Source of the DNA: Mobula birostris | Lineage: Eukaryota | DNA: 64,000 nt | Reading direction: 5' to 3' | NCBI RefSeq assembly: GCF_030028105.1 | Contig: NC_092383.1 | Span: 94,641,712-94,705,711, forward strand | Shown here: positions 1-12,960 of the stretch, piece by piece | How positions within the stretch are numbered: position 1 is the stretch's first letter | Layout of the letters: the number at the start of each line of letters is the position of its first letter | Made by a program: the position numbers and the translations under genes | The notes under the pieces: model-generated | Database searches by the model: none | What the model was told of the DNA's origin: nothing | What the model saw: only the letters and a program-made list of their open reading frames with translations

Positions 1-183
1 AAATATTCAAAAATGTATCATATTTATCTCTTAAATTATAAGTAATTTTTTCAAAGCATTCAAAGTTCAGAGGAAAAGTATTATATGAGTATACACTGTA
101 CATGTCCCATACACTACACCGAAATTCATTTTCTTGCAGGCATTTTCAGGAAAATAAAGAAATACGGTAGAATTTACTACAAA

Positions 184-876
184 TGTAAGGGGGTTTCGAT
201 TTTTATGTTACTGAGGAGGCTAATTAAAATGGCGTTTTTGTTATGTTAATCTGGGGAATGCGGCTTTGCTGTGCTTTAACGCTGAGAGAGTTTGCGCTAG
301 CAGCTTGTGGTTTAGAGTCTGATAAGAGGGTGCTATTAACCAATTGGGATAGTTGTTATGGTTTTGGTGTATTTGAAGATACTGTATGCGCGGGGTTTGG
401 GGGCAGAAGGTGGGAGAGAGAGACAGAGGATGGACCAGGTGCTGTGAGTCCGCTAACGGGGTCGGACCCCGAGCGGGACGTTCAGCGAGGAGACGGAGAT
501 GGACTCGTGTGGAGCGTCTGGTCGACCACCGTTGTTGGTCCCAGGCGGCCAGTCGAGGTGGTCTGAGGGGGGTCGCAGGGTGAAGAAGAAGGTCCTTGAG
601 CTCCAACGGTTTTTGTGCACGAAGAGATTGAACTTTGATAAGCGTGGCGCCTTTTATTTTCCTTTTATATTTTATTCTCTTTTAATTATATAGTTCCAGT
701 AATATCTATAAACTGTAAATCATTTAATTGCATCTGGTGTAATGTCTGTTATTTGGGCGGGGTGGGGTACCTCACACAGCATCCACACAAACGAATTACC
801 CAGTTTGGCGGGGCCGAGGCTGTTTCCCTAGACGACAGCGAGCCAAGCGACCCTGAGGGTGGCCAGGGGGGCTGCA
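184..876. mobile_element. Solo LTR (693 bp) of an LTR retrotransposon/ERV
   Basis: Begins TG(TAAG) and ends (GCTG)CA. Flanked by a 4-bp direct repeat CAAA (180-183 and 877-880). CpG-rich relative to its flanks and interrupts a LINE 3' tail. Confidence 0.8.
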
Positions 877-879
877 CAA

Positions 880-1400
880 ACAAAGACTGACTAACAACGT
901 GCAAAGATGACCAATTATGCAAATAAAAATAATACTGAAAGTCAGAGTTGTAATGAGTTCTTGAAAGTTGCTTGTAGAATCAGTTCAAGGCAGTGGTGAG
1001 TGAAGTTACCCATGCCGGTTCAGGAGACTGATAGTTGTAGGGTAATAACTGTTCCTGAACCTGGTGGTGTGGGATCTGATGCTTCTGTACCCTCCTGCCG
1101 GTGGTAGTAGCGAGAAGAGAGCATGGCTTTGATAAAGGTCCTCGATAATGGATGCTGCTTTCCTGTAGCAGAGCTCCATGTTAATGTGCTCAGTGGTGGG
1201 GAGGGCTTTGTTTGAGATGGACTGGGCTGCAGCCACCACCTTCTGTAGCCTTTTCCATTCCTGGATATCGGTGTTTCCATTCCAGACCATGATGCATTGA
1301 GGCAGGATACACTCCACTGTGCATCTACAGAAGTTTGTCAAAGTTTTTGGTGACATGGCAAATCTCTGCAAACCTCAAAGAAAATAGGGGGTGCTTCTTT
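880..1400 (-). mobile_element. Rex/Babar-type LINE 3' fragment (degenerate)
   Basis: ORF 1006..1371 has 'LTNFCRCTVECIL..WNGN..RLQKVV..HALFSLLP..YRSIRSHTTRFRNSYYP', the typical C-terminus of this RT family. Confidence 0.75.
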
Positions 1401-3489
1401 GTCACTCAGAGTCTAATTAGACAATTTCTTACACACTCCAGCATACTACATATTCAATACAATACCGCAATAATCAGACTGCAATTTTCAGACTACTACT
1501 TGAATTTTCCAGAATTCTGCACAGGATTTCTGCAAAAGGTAGAGTGTACTTGCTGTTTGTTATAAAAGCCAGCACCGGTTTGCTCAAACCAATAATCTTC
1601 TTTTGGCTGCAAATGGGTGAAATGTTTTCAACTAGGATTGGGAATCAGCAAATGGACAGGAGTGCTCTTCATTGATTACAGTGTCCTCGACCACAGGCAA
1701 GTTATAATGCATTGTTCCACCCACAGAAACAAGTAGATTGACACCCCATCCTCAACTGTTCACCTTCTCTGAAAGTGCTTCCACACCCACCCCCCCCCAC
1801 CCCTTAGACAATGCCAACCAACCTCTCACCTCATGGATCGAGGATTGGCGAGCTTCAGCAGTAGAGTCTGGAGAAGCAACTGACTGTTTATTCTCCCCCA
1901 AAGATGGTGCCTGACCACCCATTTCCTCCAGCATTTTGTGTGTACTACACCTCAGCCATTTTCTGACATTGCACCTCAGGCAGTGACTGATGAAACTACA
2001 GGAGATACCTAGTTCGTCACCGACAGCACCAGAGAAACAGGTTCTTCCACATTTTCAGAATAAAGAAAAAAGATCACTGTTTTCCAAAACAACATATCTA
2101 TTATGAAATATTTGGAAGTGCCGTCACAGCAAGAGAATGCAGCAAGAGATTAGGGGGTGCTGTGAGTACAACCTAGTCCATCAGATAACTAACCACACCT
2201 GCATTGAGCATTGTTAACACTTTCCAGCAGCTAATTTAAACAAGCATCCCCTCACACCCTTCACAATCCCCTCTCCCCACCCCCATCATGCAGAATATTG
2301 AGAACGTTTACCATCCAGAATTGGGTTTAATAGCACTGGCAGATGTGAATTACTTACTGTAATTCACAGCTTTTTTCTCCCTGTTATCATGTATTGCATT
2401 GTACTACTGCTGCAAAGTTAACTAATATCACAAGATATGCTGGTAATATGCCATGTCATATGTTACTTATAGATATTAAACAGTTAAATGAAGCAAGTAG
2501 TGCAAAAAATAGGAAATAAAAAGTAGTGAGGTAGTGTTCGTGGGTTCAATGTCCATTCAGAAATTGGATGGCAGAGGTGAAGAAGCTGTTCCTGAATTGT
2601 TGAGTGGGTGCCTTTAGGCTCCTGTACGTCCTTCCTGATGGCAGTATGTCCTGGGTAATGGAGGTCTTTAATGACAGACACTGCCTTGCTAAGGCATCGC
2701 TTGTTGAAGATGACCTGGATACCAGACTCAAGGACAGCTTTTATCCAACTATTATCAAACACCAGAATGGATATCTTCTTGTGAAAGGTATACTCTTCAT
2801 CTCCTCATCATAACCCTTTCACATCGTCTACCTGCACCGCACTTTCTTTGTATCAACACTATATTCTGTTGTTTTACATAACCACCACAAGTTTTTCTTT
2901 TGCTTAACCCTCTCTTCTCATTGTTGCCATCGGGAAGGTGGTGCAGGAGCCTTAGGACTCACGCCACCAGGTTAATATCCCTCAACCATCAGGCTCTTGA
3001 ACCAGAGGGGGTAATGTCACTCAACTTCACTTGCCCCATCACTGAAATGTTTCCACAACCAAAGTTCACTTCCGAGGACTCTTCAACTCATGCTCTCGAT
3101 ATTTATTGCCTATTTATGTATTATTATTATTTCTTTCTTTCTGTATTTGCAGAGTTCATTGACTTTTACACTCTGGGTTGAACATCCCAGTTGGGCAGTC
3201 TTTCATTGATTCTGTTACGGTTAGTATTCCATGAATTTATTAAGTATGCCCACAAGAAAGTGAATCTCAGGGTTGTATATGGTGATATGTATGGACTCTG
3301 TTAATAAATCTACTTTGATGTACTTGTACATGGCCATCTGACATCATCTTTCTGAATGGTCCGTGAATACTGCCTAATCTTCTGTATTATTAATATTTAT
3401 AACTTAAAGTGGTTTTACATATTTGCACTGCACTGCCGCTGAGAAATGATTTTCACATCATCTATGTCCATGATAATAAATCTGATTGT

Positions 3490-4400
3490 GATGTTGAGGA
3501 GCTCAGCAGGTCAGGCAACATCTATGGAAAGGGCGTTCCGGGCCATGACGTTTCATCAGGAAAGGAAGGAGAGAAGTCAGAGTAAGGAGGTGAGGGAGGG
3601 GAGGAAGATGTACAAGGTGTCAGATGATAGGTGAATCTGGGGCGGGAGGGGTGAAGTAAAGAGCTGGGAAGTCAATTGGTGAAAGAGATAAAGGGCTGGA
3701 GAAAGATGAATCTGATAGGAGAGAACAGAAGATTATGGAAGAACGAGGAGCACCAGAAGGAAGTGATGGGCTGGTAAGGGGATAAGGTGAGAGAGAAAAA
3801 AATGGAAATGGGAATGGGGAATGGAGAAGGAGAGGAGGAGGGCATTTACCAGACGTTCGAGAAAATCGATGCCCATGCCATCAGGTTGGAGGCTACCCAG
3901 ACAGAATACAAGGTGTTACTGCTCCAACCTTTGTACTCCAGGGAGCGTGAAGCGCAGAATCAAATATCGCTGTGATGATTGTACGTTCTAGTATCAATTG
4001 TTTGGCGACAATAAAGTATAAAGTAACCTGAGTGTGGCCTCATCCTGGCAGTGGAGGTGGCCATGGACTGACATGTTGGAATGGGAATGGGAAGTAGAAT
4101 TGAAATGAGTGGCTACTAGGAGATCCCACTTTTTGTGTCGGACAGTGAAGGCGCTCGGTGAAGCTGTCACCAACTCTCAAGGCGATCGCAAGGTGGCCAT
4201 CCACTTCAATTCTTACTTCCACTCCCTCCACTTTCTTACTGTCATTTCTCCCGTTCCTTCCCACTCCTGAAGAAGGGTCTAGGCCCAAAACATTAACTGC
4301 TTGTTCATTTCGATAAATGTTGCATGACCTGCTGAGTTCCTCCAGCATTTTTGTGTGTTGCTTTGGATTTCCAGCATCTTCAGAATCTCATGTTTGTGAT
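3490..4400. mobile_element. Penelope-like element remnant with inverted terminal segment, carrying a 94-bp LINE-tail insertion
   Basis: Similar to the 3' part of the 32552-33919 element. The terminal motif occurs in both orientations. Insert 3931-4024 is flanked by AACCT duplicates. Confidence 0.7.
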
Positions 4401-5189
4401 TCCCATCTGTCTGATTGACCAGAGTCAGATTCAGATTTAATATCAATCGCATATGTCATGAAATTTGTTGTGTTATGGCAGCAGTACACTGCAATGCACA
4501 AGAAAACTTAACTTACAGTAAGAAATATATAACTATTACCAACAATTGTTGTGTCATCGGCAAACTTATAGATGGAATTTGAGCTGTGTCTAGCCACACA
4601 ATCACAGGTGTAGAGAGAGAAAGGCAATGGGATAAGGCATATCCTTGAAGTGCACCAGTGCTGACTGGCAGTGAGGAGATGTTATTTTCCAATCCACAGT
4701 GGCTATGGTTCCCCGATGAGGAAGTTAAGGATCCAGTTGCAGAGGGAGGTGCAGAGGCCCAGGTTTTGGAGCTTGTTGATCAGTATTGAGGGTAGATTGG
4801 TGTTGAGTTCTGAACTGTATTCACTCAATACAGAACAGCAAGATTAATGTAGGTATTGTGAATGTCCAGGTGATCCAATGCCATGTGGAGAGCCAGTGAG
4901 ACTGCATCTGTTGAGGATCTATTGTGGCGAAAGGCAAGTGGCAGCGGATGGTGGTCCTTGCTCAGGCAGGACTTGAATTTGATTTTGGCAAGACAAGGTT
5001 TCTCCACTGTACCCCAGATATGTGACAACTTTGAACCAATTGCCAATCCAGAACACGAATCTCTAGGGCAAAGTCAGAAATTCAAACACTGACTTGTTAA
5101 TTTCAAGATCCATTCAGGAAAGAGAACTTCCATTCAGCCCACTTCTCTCTGCTAGCAGCCCCATTCAGGACCTAAAACAATATTTGCAG

Positions 5190-6420
5190 ATTTAAAACTC
5201 CTTGCACACAGACTGATCTGTAACTGGATCCTTGACTTCTTGACCGTAAGGCCACAGTCAGTAAGTGTTGATTGAAACATCTCTAGCTCCATCTCTCTGA
5301 GCACCAGTGCCCCCCAGGAATGTGTGTTCAATCCGTTGCTGATCATGGTGCTGACACATGACTACCCTGCTGAATCCAGTAAAAACGGAATCAAGTTCGC
5401 CAATGACACAACAGTAGGTGGCCTCATCAACAGCGACGACAAGGTGGCATACAGAGAGGAGGAAGAGCGGCTAGTAAAATAGTGCAAGCACAACGGTGAG
5501 TCTCAACATGAACAAGACCAAAAAGATCATTGTGGACTTTAGGAAGGTGCAGTCTGATCATTCCTCACTGCACTGCACGTCATCTCCCTCTCTCACTCTC
5601 CCTTCTGTTACACACACATTGTCTCCCTCTCTCCCCTCTGTTACACACACACTACTCCTCCGTGGAGAGAACTAGGAGAACTAAGTTTCTGGGAGTGTAC
5701 ATAACAGACAATCTCACCTGGTCCCTGAACATCACCTCTTTGATCAAGAATGCACAGCGGCATCTCCACTTCCAGAGGAGATTAAAGCCAGTGACGCTCT
5801 CCTCCCCTCCCTCACATTTTAACCAATTTTTATGGGAGCGCCATTGAGAGTTTACTGCATCACCGTCTGGTACGGGAATACAAGGCACCTGCCTGCATGT
5901 CTCTACAAAGGACTGCGAGGGCTTCTGAGAGGATCTTCAGGGTCTCTCTTCTCATCAGAGATATTTATCAGGAGGGCTGAATACACAGGGCCCTTAGCAT
6001 TATCAATGATCCCTCCCATCCATCCAACAATCCCTTTGACCCCCTACCATCAGGCAGGAGGTACCATATCATTAGCACAAGAACTGTTAGGATGGGAAAC
6101 AGCTTCTTCCCCCAGGACACAAGGCTACTGAACTCCCTGCCAGCCTCCAGGTCTCATCATGTATAGGCACTGGTTTACTTTTACTTTTAAAACTTGTATT
6201 GAATATGCACCTCACATAAAAGTTGCTGGTGAACGCAGCATCTGCAGATTTCCTCGTGTTTGCGTTGAATATGCACCTTATTATTTGTTGTTGTAATGTT
6301 GCTGTGCATTACGTGTGTGAGTAGACATACTGTGTTGTGCACCTGGGTCCAGACTATCATTGTTTTGTTTGACAGTACACGTGTACAGTTGGATGACAAT
6401 AAGCTGAACTTGAACTTGAT
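5190..6420 (+). mobile_element. Rex/Babar-type LINE RT fragment (degenerate)
   Basis: Remnant motifs GAPQECV, KFANDTT, KFLGVYITDNLTWS and CITVWYGN, ending in an (AACTTG)n-type tail. Confidence 0.75.
6213..6264. mobile_element. 52-bp inverted micro-insertion of the young Penelope family
   Basis: 14-bp TSD TTGAATATGCACCT (6199-6212 and 6265-6278). The first half is identical to 32559-32586. Confidence 0.8.
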
Positions 6421-7769
6421 GCACACAAAATGCTGGAGGAACTCAGCAACAGCCATGGAGAGGAATAAACAGTCAATACATGCCGAGACCCTTTATTCCA
6501 CTCCGTAGATGCTGCCTGAACTGCTGAGTTCCTCCAGCACTTTGTGTGTGTTGCTCTGGATTTCCAGCATCTGCAGAATCTCCTGTGTTTATGATTTGCA
6601 CCCAGACTACCGATATGCTGTGCATAGATCTAACCAGAGGTTTGGCGGCGGGGGAAGTCCTAAAGGGAACCAAACAGAGGAAACAAAACCACTGCGGTAC
6701 TTTTGACTTGACTCTGCCGGAACTGGGATTCCTGATCCTGTACCCTGATCAGATAATAACAAATAGTGTGAACGTTTATTATCAAAGTATGTATACATTA
6801 TACAACCTTGAGATTCGCCTCTTTACAGGCAGCCACAAAACGAAGAAACCCAAAAGAACCCATTAAAAAAGACCATCATACACCCAGTGTGCAGAAAAAA
6901 AACCAAAGCATGCAAACGATAAACACAAGCAAATAGCACTCTGAACTGAAGTCCACAAAGAGAGTCAAAGGAATTATCTGACTGTAATCCAACACCAGAA
7001 TGCCATTGTCCCAACTAAGCAACTTCGATTCAGCTCAACGTTCATGCATTCAGTGTTGGGTCCTGCATATTGCGTACGACTAATAGTAGATGTTTCACAA
7101 TGCTTGAAATCTTGTGTCATCAGAATTACGGTATTACCACTCACATTTCCTGTAATGGCTAAGAGTCACAAGTTAACAGTGAAGAACTGGGTGTACCCTG
7201 TTGGATTTAATTCAGAAACACAGGACGAAGCTCGGCGGAGACCATTCTAACCGCTGCAGCGCAGGCCGGTACAGAGTCTCCAATGCACAGGATCGCAGGA
7301 GGTACGGGGGTTGTAGACTCAGCTAGCACAGGCACAACCCTCCCGCCATCGAGGATGTCTTCAAAAGGCAGCATTCATCACTAAGGACCTTAACCATCTG
7401 GGACACGGCCACTTCTCACCACTATCAACGAAGAGGTGGTACAGGAGCCAGAAAACTCACATCCAACGATTCAGGAACAGCTTCTTTGCCTCTGCTATCA
7501 CATTTCTGAACAGCCCATGGACCTAGAACATTACCTCACTACTCATGTCTTTCTACTTTGCTTGTAATTTATAATTGTACTTCGGCACTGTAGAAAGCAA
7601 TGGATTTTACAAGTGTTAGTACATCTGATTATAAACTTTGCTGTTAATAATGGCCAAAAGGACTGACCAATTCCCTAAACTAACCCACGTGGGAATTGCT
7701 CCAAGTAAGGGAAGTATATGAAAGAGCATGACTGAAGCACGTCATGACAGTTTAAAACTCTACACAGTG

Positions 7770-8165
7770 GACTGGAGAGGGGTGAGGGATATGTCTCTAC
7801 AAAAGGAGGTGTGAGGTGCTCCTTCCTTCCACTAGCCTGCAGGTCACCCTGGGGCAGAGTGTAGCACCTGTTTAGCCCTCCCCACCCACGGATCAGGGTC
7901 ATGTGAACCCATGGGAGCAGATGGTGGATGGTCGTATGAGCAGCCGGTGCAGATCACAAGTCCTGGTTATGTGACCACTGACGCCAGGCTGACAGTCTCT
8001 GAAGAGTATTGATAATGGCCGGGGTCACCCGTCTTGTAAAGACACTGCCCAGAAGAAGGCAATAGCAAACCACTTCTGGGAAACAATTTACCAAGAACAA
8101 TCATGGACACAGAAAGACCACGATCGCCCACATCTTATGACACAGCACATAATGAACAAATGAAT
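7770..8165 (+). mobile_element. Dispersed ~400-bp SINE-like repeat, probably RTE-related (other copies ~34620-35005 and ~48415-48600)
   Basis: Three homologous copies in the window. The 3' part contains GAAGGCAATAGCAAACCAC, resembling RTE 3' ends. Confidence 0.6.
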
Positions 8166-8726
8166 GCACAAATTGCCAGAGGAGCTCAGTAGATCAGTCA
8201 GCATCTATAACGATGTAATGATGAGGGGATCTACCATCCCTCCAACCCACCTCTATCTTCAAAGACTCTGATCTCTTCATAACTAGCATCCTTTTTCCTG
8301 AATTCCTTAAGCATTTCAGAATGTATATTATATACATTTCTCTGACATTAAAAGTACCTTTGAAACCTTTGATCCATAACCACACAAACACATTCATCTT
8401 TTATACCTGCGTTTTAGTCAAATACACAATAAGAGGCCGCTTGAGTTTCAGTAGCAAAATGTTTCACAGCATGGTGCTCCACGTTCAAAGTCATATCACT
8501 CATTTCCTTTCTGAAAATCACAGAGCCTTCACCTTTCCCACAGCCCTAAATACTCTATCCAAACCTCAGCTGCCTTCACCACCTCTTCAGCTGCTGAGTT
8601 ATAAATAAGGCACCAAACCATTTGATATGGTACATGTCCCGTTAAAAAATAATATTCTCAATTCATTACACCGGGTTGGGGGGGTGGGCATGGACAGTCA
8701 CTGTTTTTGATCAAGAGCCTTTATGT

Positions 8727-8807
8727 CAGGAGTTCCCAACCCTTTTTTCTACCATGGAGCAATGCCATTAGGTAAGGGGTCTGTGGACCCTAGGTTGGGA
8801 ACCCCTG
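8727..8807. mobile_element. hAT-type MITE (81 bp)
   Basis: TIRs CAGGAGTTCCCAACC / GGTTGGGAACCCCTG. 8-bp TSD CTTTATGT / CTTTCTGT (7/8 match). Confidence 0.8.
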
Positions 8808-10904
8808 CTTTCTGTGGACTAATGAAGGGTTATGTGGACTATGAAGGGTTATTTCATCTGGTCCAATGAAGGTTCCCAACCTGAAATATCAGCTGTCCAT
8901 TTCCCTCCAGAGATTTGCTTGACTCAGTGAGTTCCTCCAGCATTTTGCATGTTGCTCCAGATCCCAGCATCTGGAATCTCTTGTGGCTTCACTTCATTGC
9001 CCATTAACCTGTGATGTTAATTCTACCCTGCAGTTGCATTCAGAGTCCCCAAGCACAGGTTTTAAACTTCAAACCACAATAACCTTTACAGATTGGTGCT
9101 GCATTAAACAACAGTTTTATCTGGCACTGGGGAAGTGAGATTCCGATGACATTCAGAACCAACTTGAACTTCTGTGATTCAGAATAATTTATGCTTGTAC
9201 TTTAGTGATGGACAGAATCAAGTTTATCATTGTTTTTAATGAAAGTAATTTTAATGTTTTGCAACAGCAGTATGTTGAAAGCAGCAGCCCTGGGTTTGTT
9301 GGACTGTCTGTGTGCGAGCAGGAGGAAGGAAGAGAAAGGGGTTTTTCTGGCTGATGTTCTTCTGTTGTTATTGTTGCTCTGCTGAACAGTGTGGACGTGC
9401 AACATTGGTGCATGTGTGGCGACCCTTGTAGGCTGCCCCAAGCACATCCATAGGTTGCACTCGTTGTCCAGGCTGCTATACAGTACAATGTCAAATCAGA
9501 TGGAAAATGGAAGGAACAGGAGCCTCGGGACTCACACCACCAGGTTCAGGAGCACTTATCACCCCTCAACCATCAGGCTCTTGAACCAGAGGGGACAACC
9601 TCACTCGCTACATCCCTTAACTGTTCCCACAACCTGTAGATTCACATTCAACGAGCCTTCATCTCATGCTCTCGACATCTATCGCTTACTTGTTTTTTTT
9701 TCTCTTTTGTATTTGCTCAGTTTGCTTTCTTTTACGCACTAGTCGTCTGCCCTTTTGGGTGCAGTCTTTCACTGATTCCACCATAGTTCTTGGACCTACT
9801 GAGCATCCCCACAAGAAAACCAATTTCCGGGTTTTATATGGTGAAATATTTGTACTTTGATAATAAGCTTACTTTGAGTTTTGAAGTCACTTCTCATCTT
9901 TCATCTCTCCAAAGAGAAAAGCCCCAGCTTGCTCAGCCTTCCCTCATAAGACACTGAATGTGCAGAGTTTGTCATCCTTTTACCCTGGTGGTGCAGCCTT
10001 TCATTGATTCTATTATGGCTATTGGATTCATTGAGTTTGCCCACAGGAAAATGACTCTCAGAGTTTATAATCAAAGCGCATATATGTACTTTGACTATAA
10101 ATTTATTTTGAATTTTGGACGGATACGATTTAGTTTCAAGATAGGTTCGTTTTTAAAGCAATACCCACAAAACAAACAATTTCACTGCATGTTTCAGTGT
10201 ACTTGCGATGAATAAATCTCAATCTGAATTACAAAATAAATAATGTTAAAACAAGAGCAGTATGCACATCCCTTGCATTTCTCCGAAAGTGGAAGCGAAT
10301 TTACATTGAGGAACCAACTTAGTTTCACGCCGGCTAGCAACTCACTAAACCCATCTGTGCCACAAAGCTAGATTCAAGATCTGTGCTGCCGGACCAGGCA
10401 GAGGGCACTTCAGGGAAGGAAAGGAAACAGAAAAGGCATCACAGACTGCCAGTAATGACTAGGCAGCCCTTATAGATTTCCTAACACTGGTCCAGCATAG
10501 AGTTCAAAGCATTCAGCGAATGAATGTCTAGATATCACTGCACCCAGAGACGTAGTTCAGCAATACAACGGGCTCAGATTACAGTTCAAAGAAACTGATA
10601 GTGCAACTAAGCTTTCACAAAAACCAAATTACTAATTAAATTCAGCGTAAGCCTTCATTAACCAAATACATGGTTTAAATGAATCAAAAGCAAAAAGTTA
10701 AATGATTCAACCCAGTTAATATAACTAAGTCAACAATAGAGGAGGATAAGTTATCATTAACATCTCACCCTTGGATCAGCAAGTGCTCACAATATTGTTG
10801 ATTCTGTCACTGTACTTATTACACCCCTTAATTATTCTTCAATAACTCCACATTAGTATTGCCAGCTTGTCAAGAAAAACATTTTTAATAACCAACCATA
10901 AACT

Positions 10905-11205
10905 CAAGAGATTCTACAGATGCTGAAAATCCAGAGAAACACATACAAAATACTGGAGGAACTCAGCAGGTTGGGCAGCATCTATGGAAAAGAAGAGTCG
11001 ACATTTCGGGCCAAGACCTTTCATCAGGACTGAAAAGGAAGGGGGAAGAAGCCAGAATAATTATTCTATAATAACTCTTAATCCGGCTTCTTCCTCCTTC
11101 CTTTCCAGCCCTGATGAAGGGACTCTGTCCAAATTGTTGACTGTTTATTCCTCTTCATAGATGCTGCCTGGCCTGTTGAGTTCCTCCAGCATTTTCTGTG
11201 CGTTG
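10905..11205. repeat. Inverted pair of Penelope terminal repeats (long hairpin) with two hammerhead-motif copies
   Basis: ~10939-11062 is an imperfect reverse complement of ~11079-11205. Each arm has CTGATGA...GAAA/AAA. Confidence 0.8.
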
Positions 11206-11395
11206 CTTTAAAAACTAACCTACCTTGAAACTAAATTACAGCCTTTGCATCTGACTGGAGATTGTACAGTAATATGCACAGTAATGTACAGAATTTATCC
11301 TTAAACTATGAAAGGGTGCACCAGCTGAATATCCCCCTCAGTTCACAAACACGATTCATCTGCAAAGCTCCTCCCTCATAACACAAAACACTTAC

Positions 11396-11464
11396 ATAAC
11401 TGGGGTTGTGGCTGGTTTTGTTATTGTAGTTCCTGACATGACCAACACTGGCGATGGAATCCAT
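11396..11464 (-). CDS. Probable first coding segment (MDSIASVGHVRNYNNKTSHNPSY) of a minus-strand gene, possibly the C1orf116/SARG ortholog; whole exon 11571-11396
   Basis: Unique-sequence exon with acceptor ttctgatttacag| at 11572 and donor |gtaagt at 11395. The ATG at 11464 has an in-frame stop just upstream and gives a phase-0 intron. Identity rests on vertebrate synteny (C1orf116-YOD1-PFKFB2) and a similar short first coding exon. Confidence 0.45.
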
Positions 11465-12699
11465 GAGAGATGATCAGGTCGCAGGAAACTTAGGGCATTG
11501 CACTGGGACCTTGTTATTGGGCTTGCTTGAAGGAGTCACATCAGGAAGAGCCAAATAAAAACCAACAGTGGCTGTAAATCAGAAGAAGTAATTAGCAAAC
11601 AAGAAAGGATATTATTTTATAATATTATATTTGGTTTTAACACCCAACAAATTCCTGTAAAAAAATTAATTGGCATCCATTGAGATACGTAGCAACCACC
11701 CATATGGCGAACTTCATCATGAGCATGGGCTGAAAAGTCCCACTCCGATAACGAAGGAGAACAGTGGGAAGCTCCCAGTGCAAATAGTCATAGTCATACT
11801 TTATTGATCCCGGGGGAAATTGGTTTTCGTTACAGTTGCACCATAAATAATAAATAGTAATGGGTGAAATTAACGGTACTGGCAAAGAAAAGGAATCGCG
11901 GCATAAGGGACTTGAGTGAGCAGAGCCGGCAAGCGTTGCAATGAACGCAAGGACTGCAGGATAGACAGCTTCAGCAACTAGTTGATACTTTCAGTTTTTG
12001 GAATACAGGAATGACTGGCAAGGCTGAGGTTTATATCCATCCATAAATACCATTGAACCAACTGCTAGCTCGGCTGCTTGTAAAAGGATTAAAATTTAAC
12101 CAGATGAGAATTCTAAAGGGCAACAGAGAATTCTGAGATTGTTTCCCCTGACAATTGGGCAGCTAATGCTCTCTATTAATGGCACACCTATCACGTCCAG
12201 CTTCTCACTTCATTCCCAATCCTTCATCCATCTCCTTTCGTCCTCACCAGGACTCACCTATCACTTGCCAGCGTGTACTCCTTCCCCACCTTCACCTTCC
12301 TTCCCCTTCCTTTGCAGTCCTGATGAAACCACCTGAAACACCAACTGTTTGTTCCTTTCCAAAGATGCTGCCTACTCTGCTGAGTTCCTCCAGCATTTTG
12401 TACATGTTGCTATTAACGGCACAAGCATGTTCTTCCAGATTTAATTGACAGTATTGAGTTTACCAGCTGCCAGTGTGGGTGAGATGTGAACACACCTCCC
12501 ACCAAATCCTTGGAAAAGCTGAATGATTTAAATCTCACATTGAAGTCCTCCAAAAAAAATCAAAAATCACACGAATCATACTGCCACCATTGCAATAGAC
12601 AAGTACAGGAGCCAAGAAAGTTCACTCCAAATTATTAAAAGCGGGAAACAGCAAAGAACCACTTGGTTGCGGATTAATTTATTTATCTATTTATTTATT

Positions 12700-12960
12700 G
12701 AGATACAGCATGGAATTGGCCCTTCTGGCTCTTCGAGCCACACGGCCAGCAACCCGCAATTTAATACTAGCCTAATCACAGGACAATTTACAATGACCAA
12801 TTAACCGACCAACTGACGCATCTTTGGACTGTGGGAGGAAACCAGAGCACCCGGAGGAAACCCATGCAGAGAACATACAAACTCCTTGCAGGCAGCAGCG
12901 GGAATTGAACCTGGGTCACCTGCGCTGTAAAGCGCTGTGCTAACCACTACGCTACTGTCC
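12700..12960 (-). mobile_element. tRNA-derived V-SINE (HE1-like); related copies near 25530-25760(+), 47990-48130(+), 58130-58290(+)
   Basis: A-box TAGCGTAGTGG and B-box GGTTCAATTCCC followed by the V-domain-like GGGTTTCCTCCGGGTGCTCTGGTTTCCTCCCACAGTCCAAAGA. Confidence 0.75.

Noticed and set aside
12880-12960. tRNA gene
   Set aside because: The A/B boxes belong to a SINE head that continues into V-SINE body sequence, and there is no intact cloverleaf.
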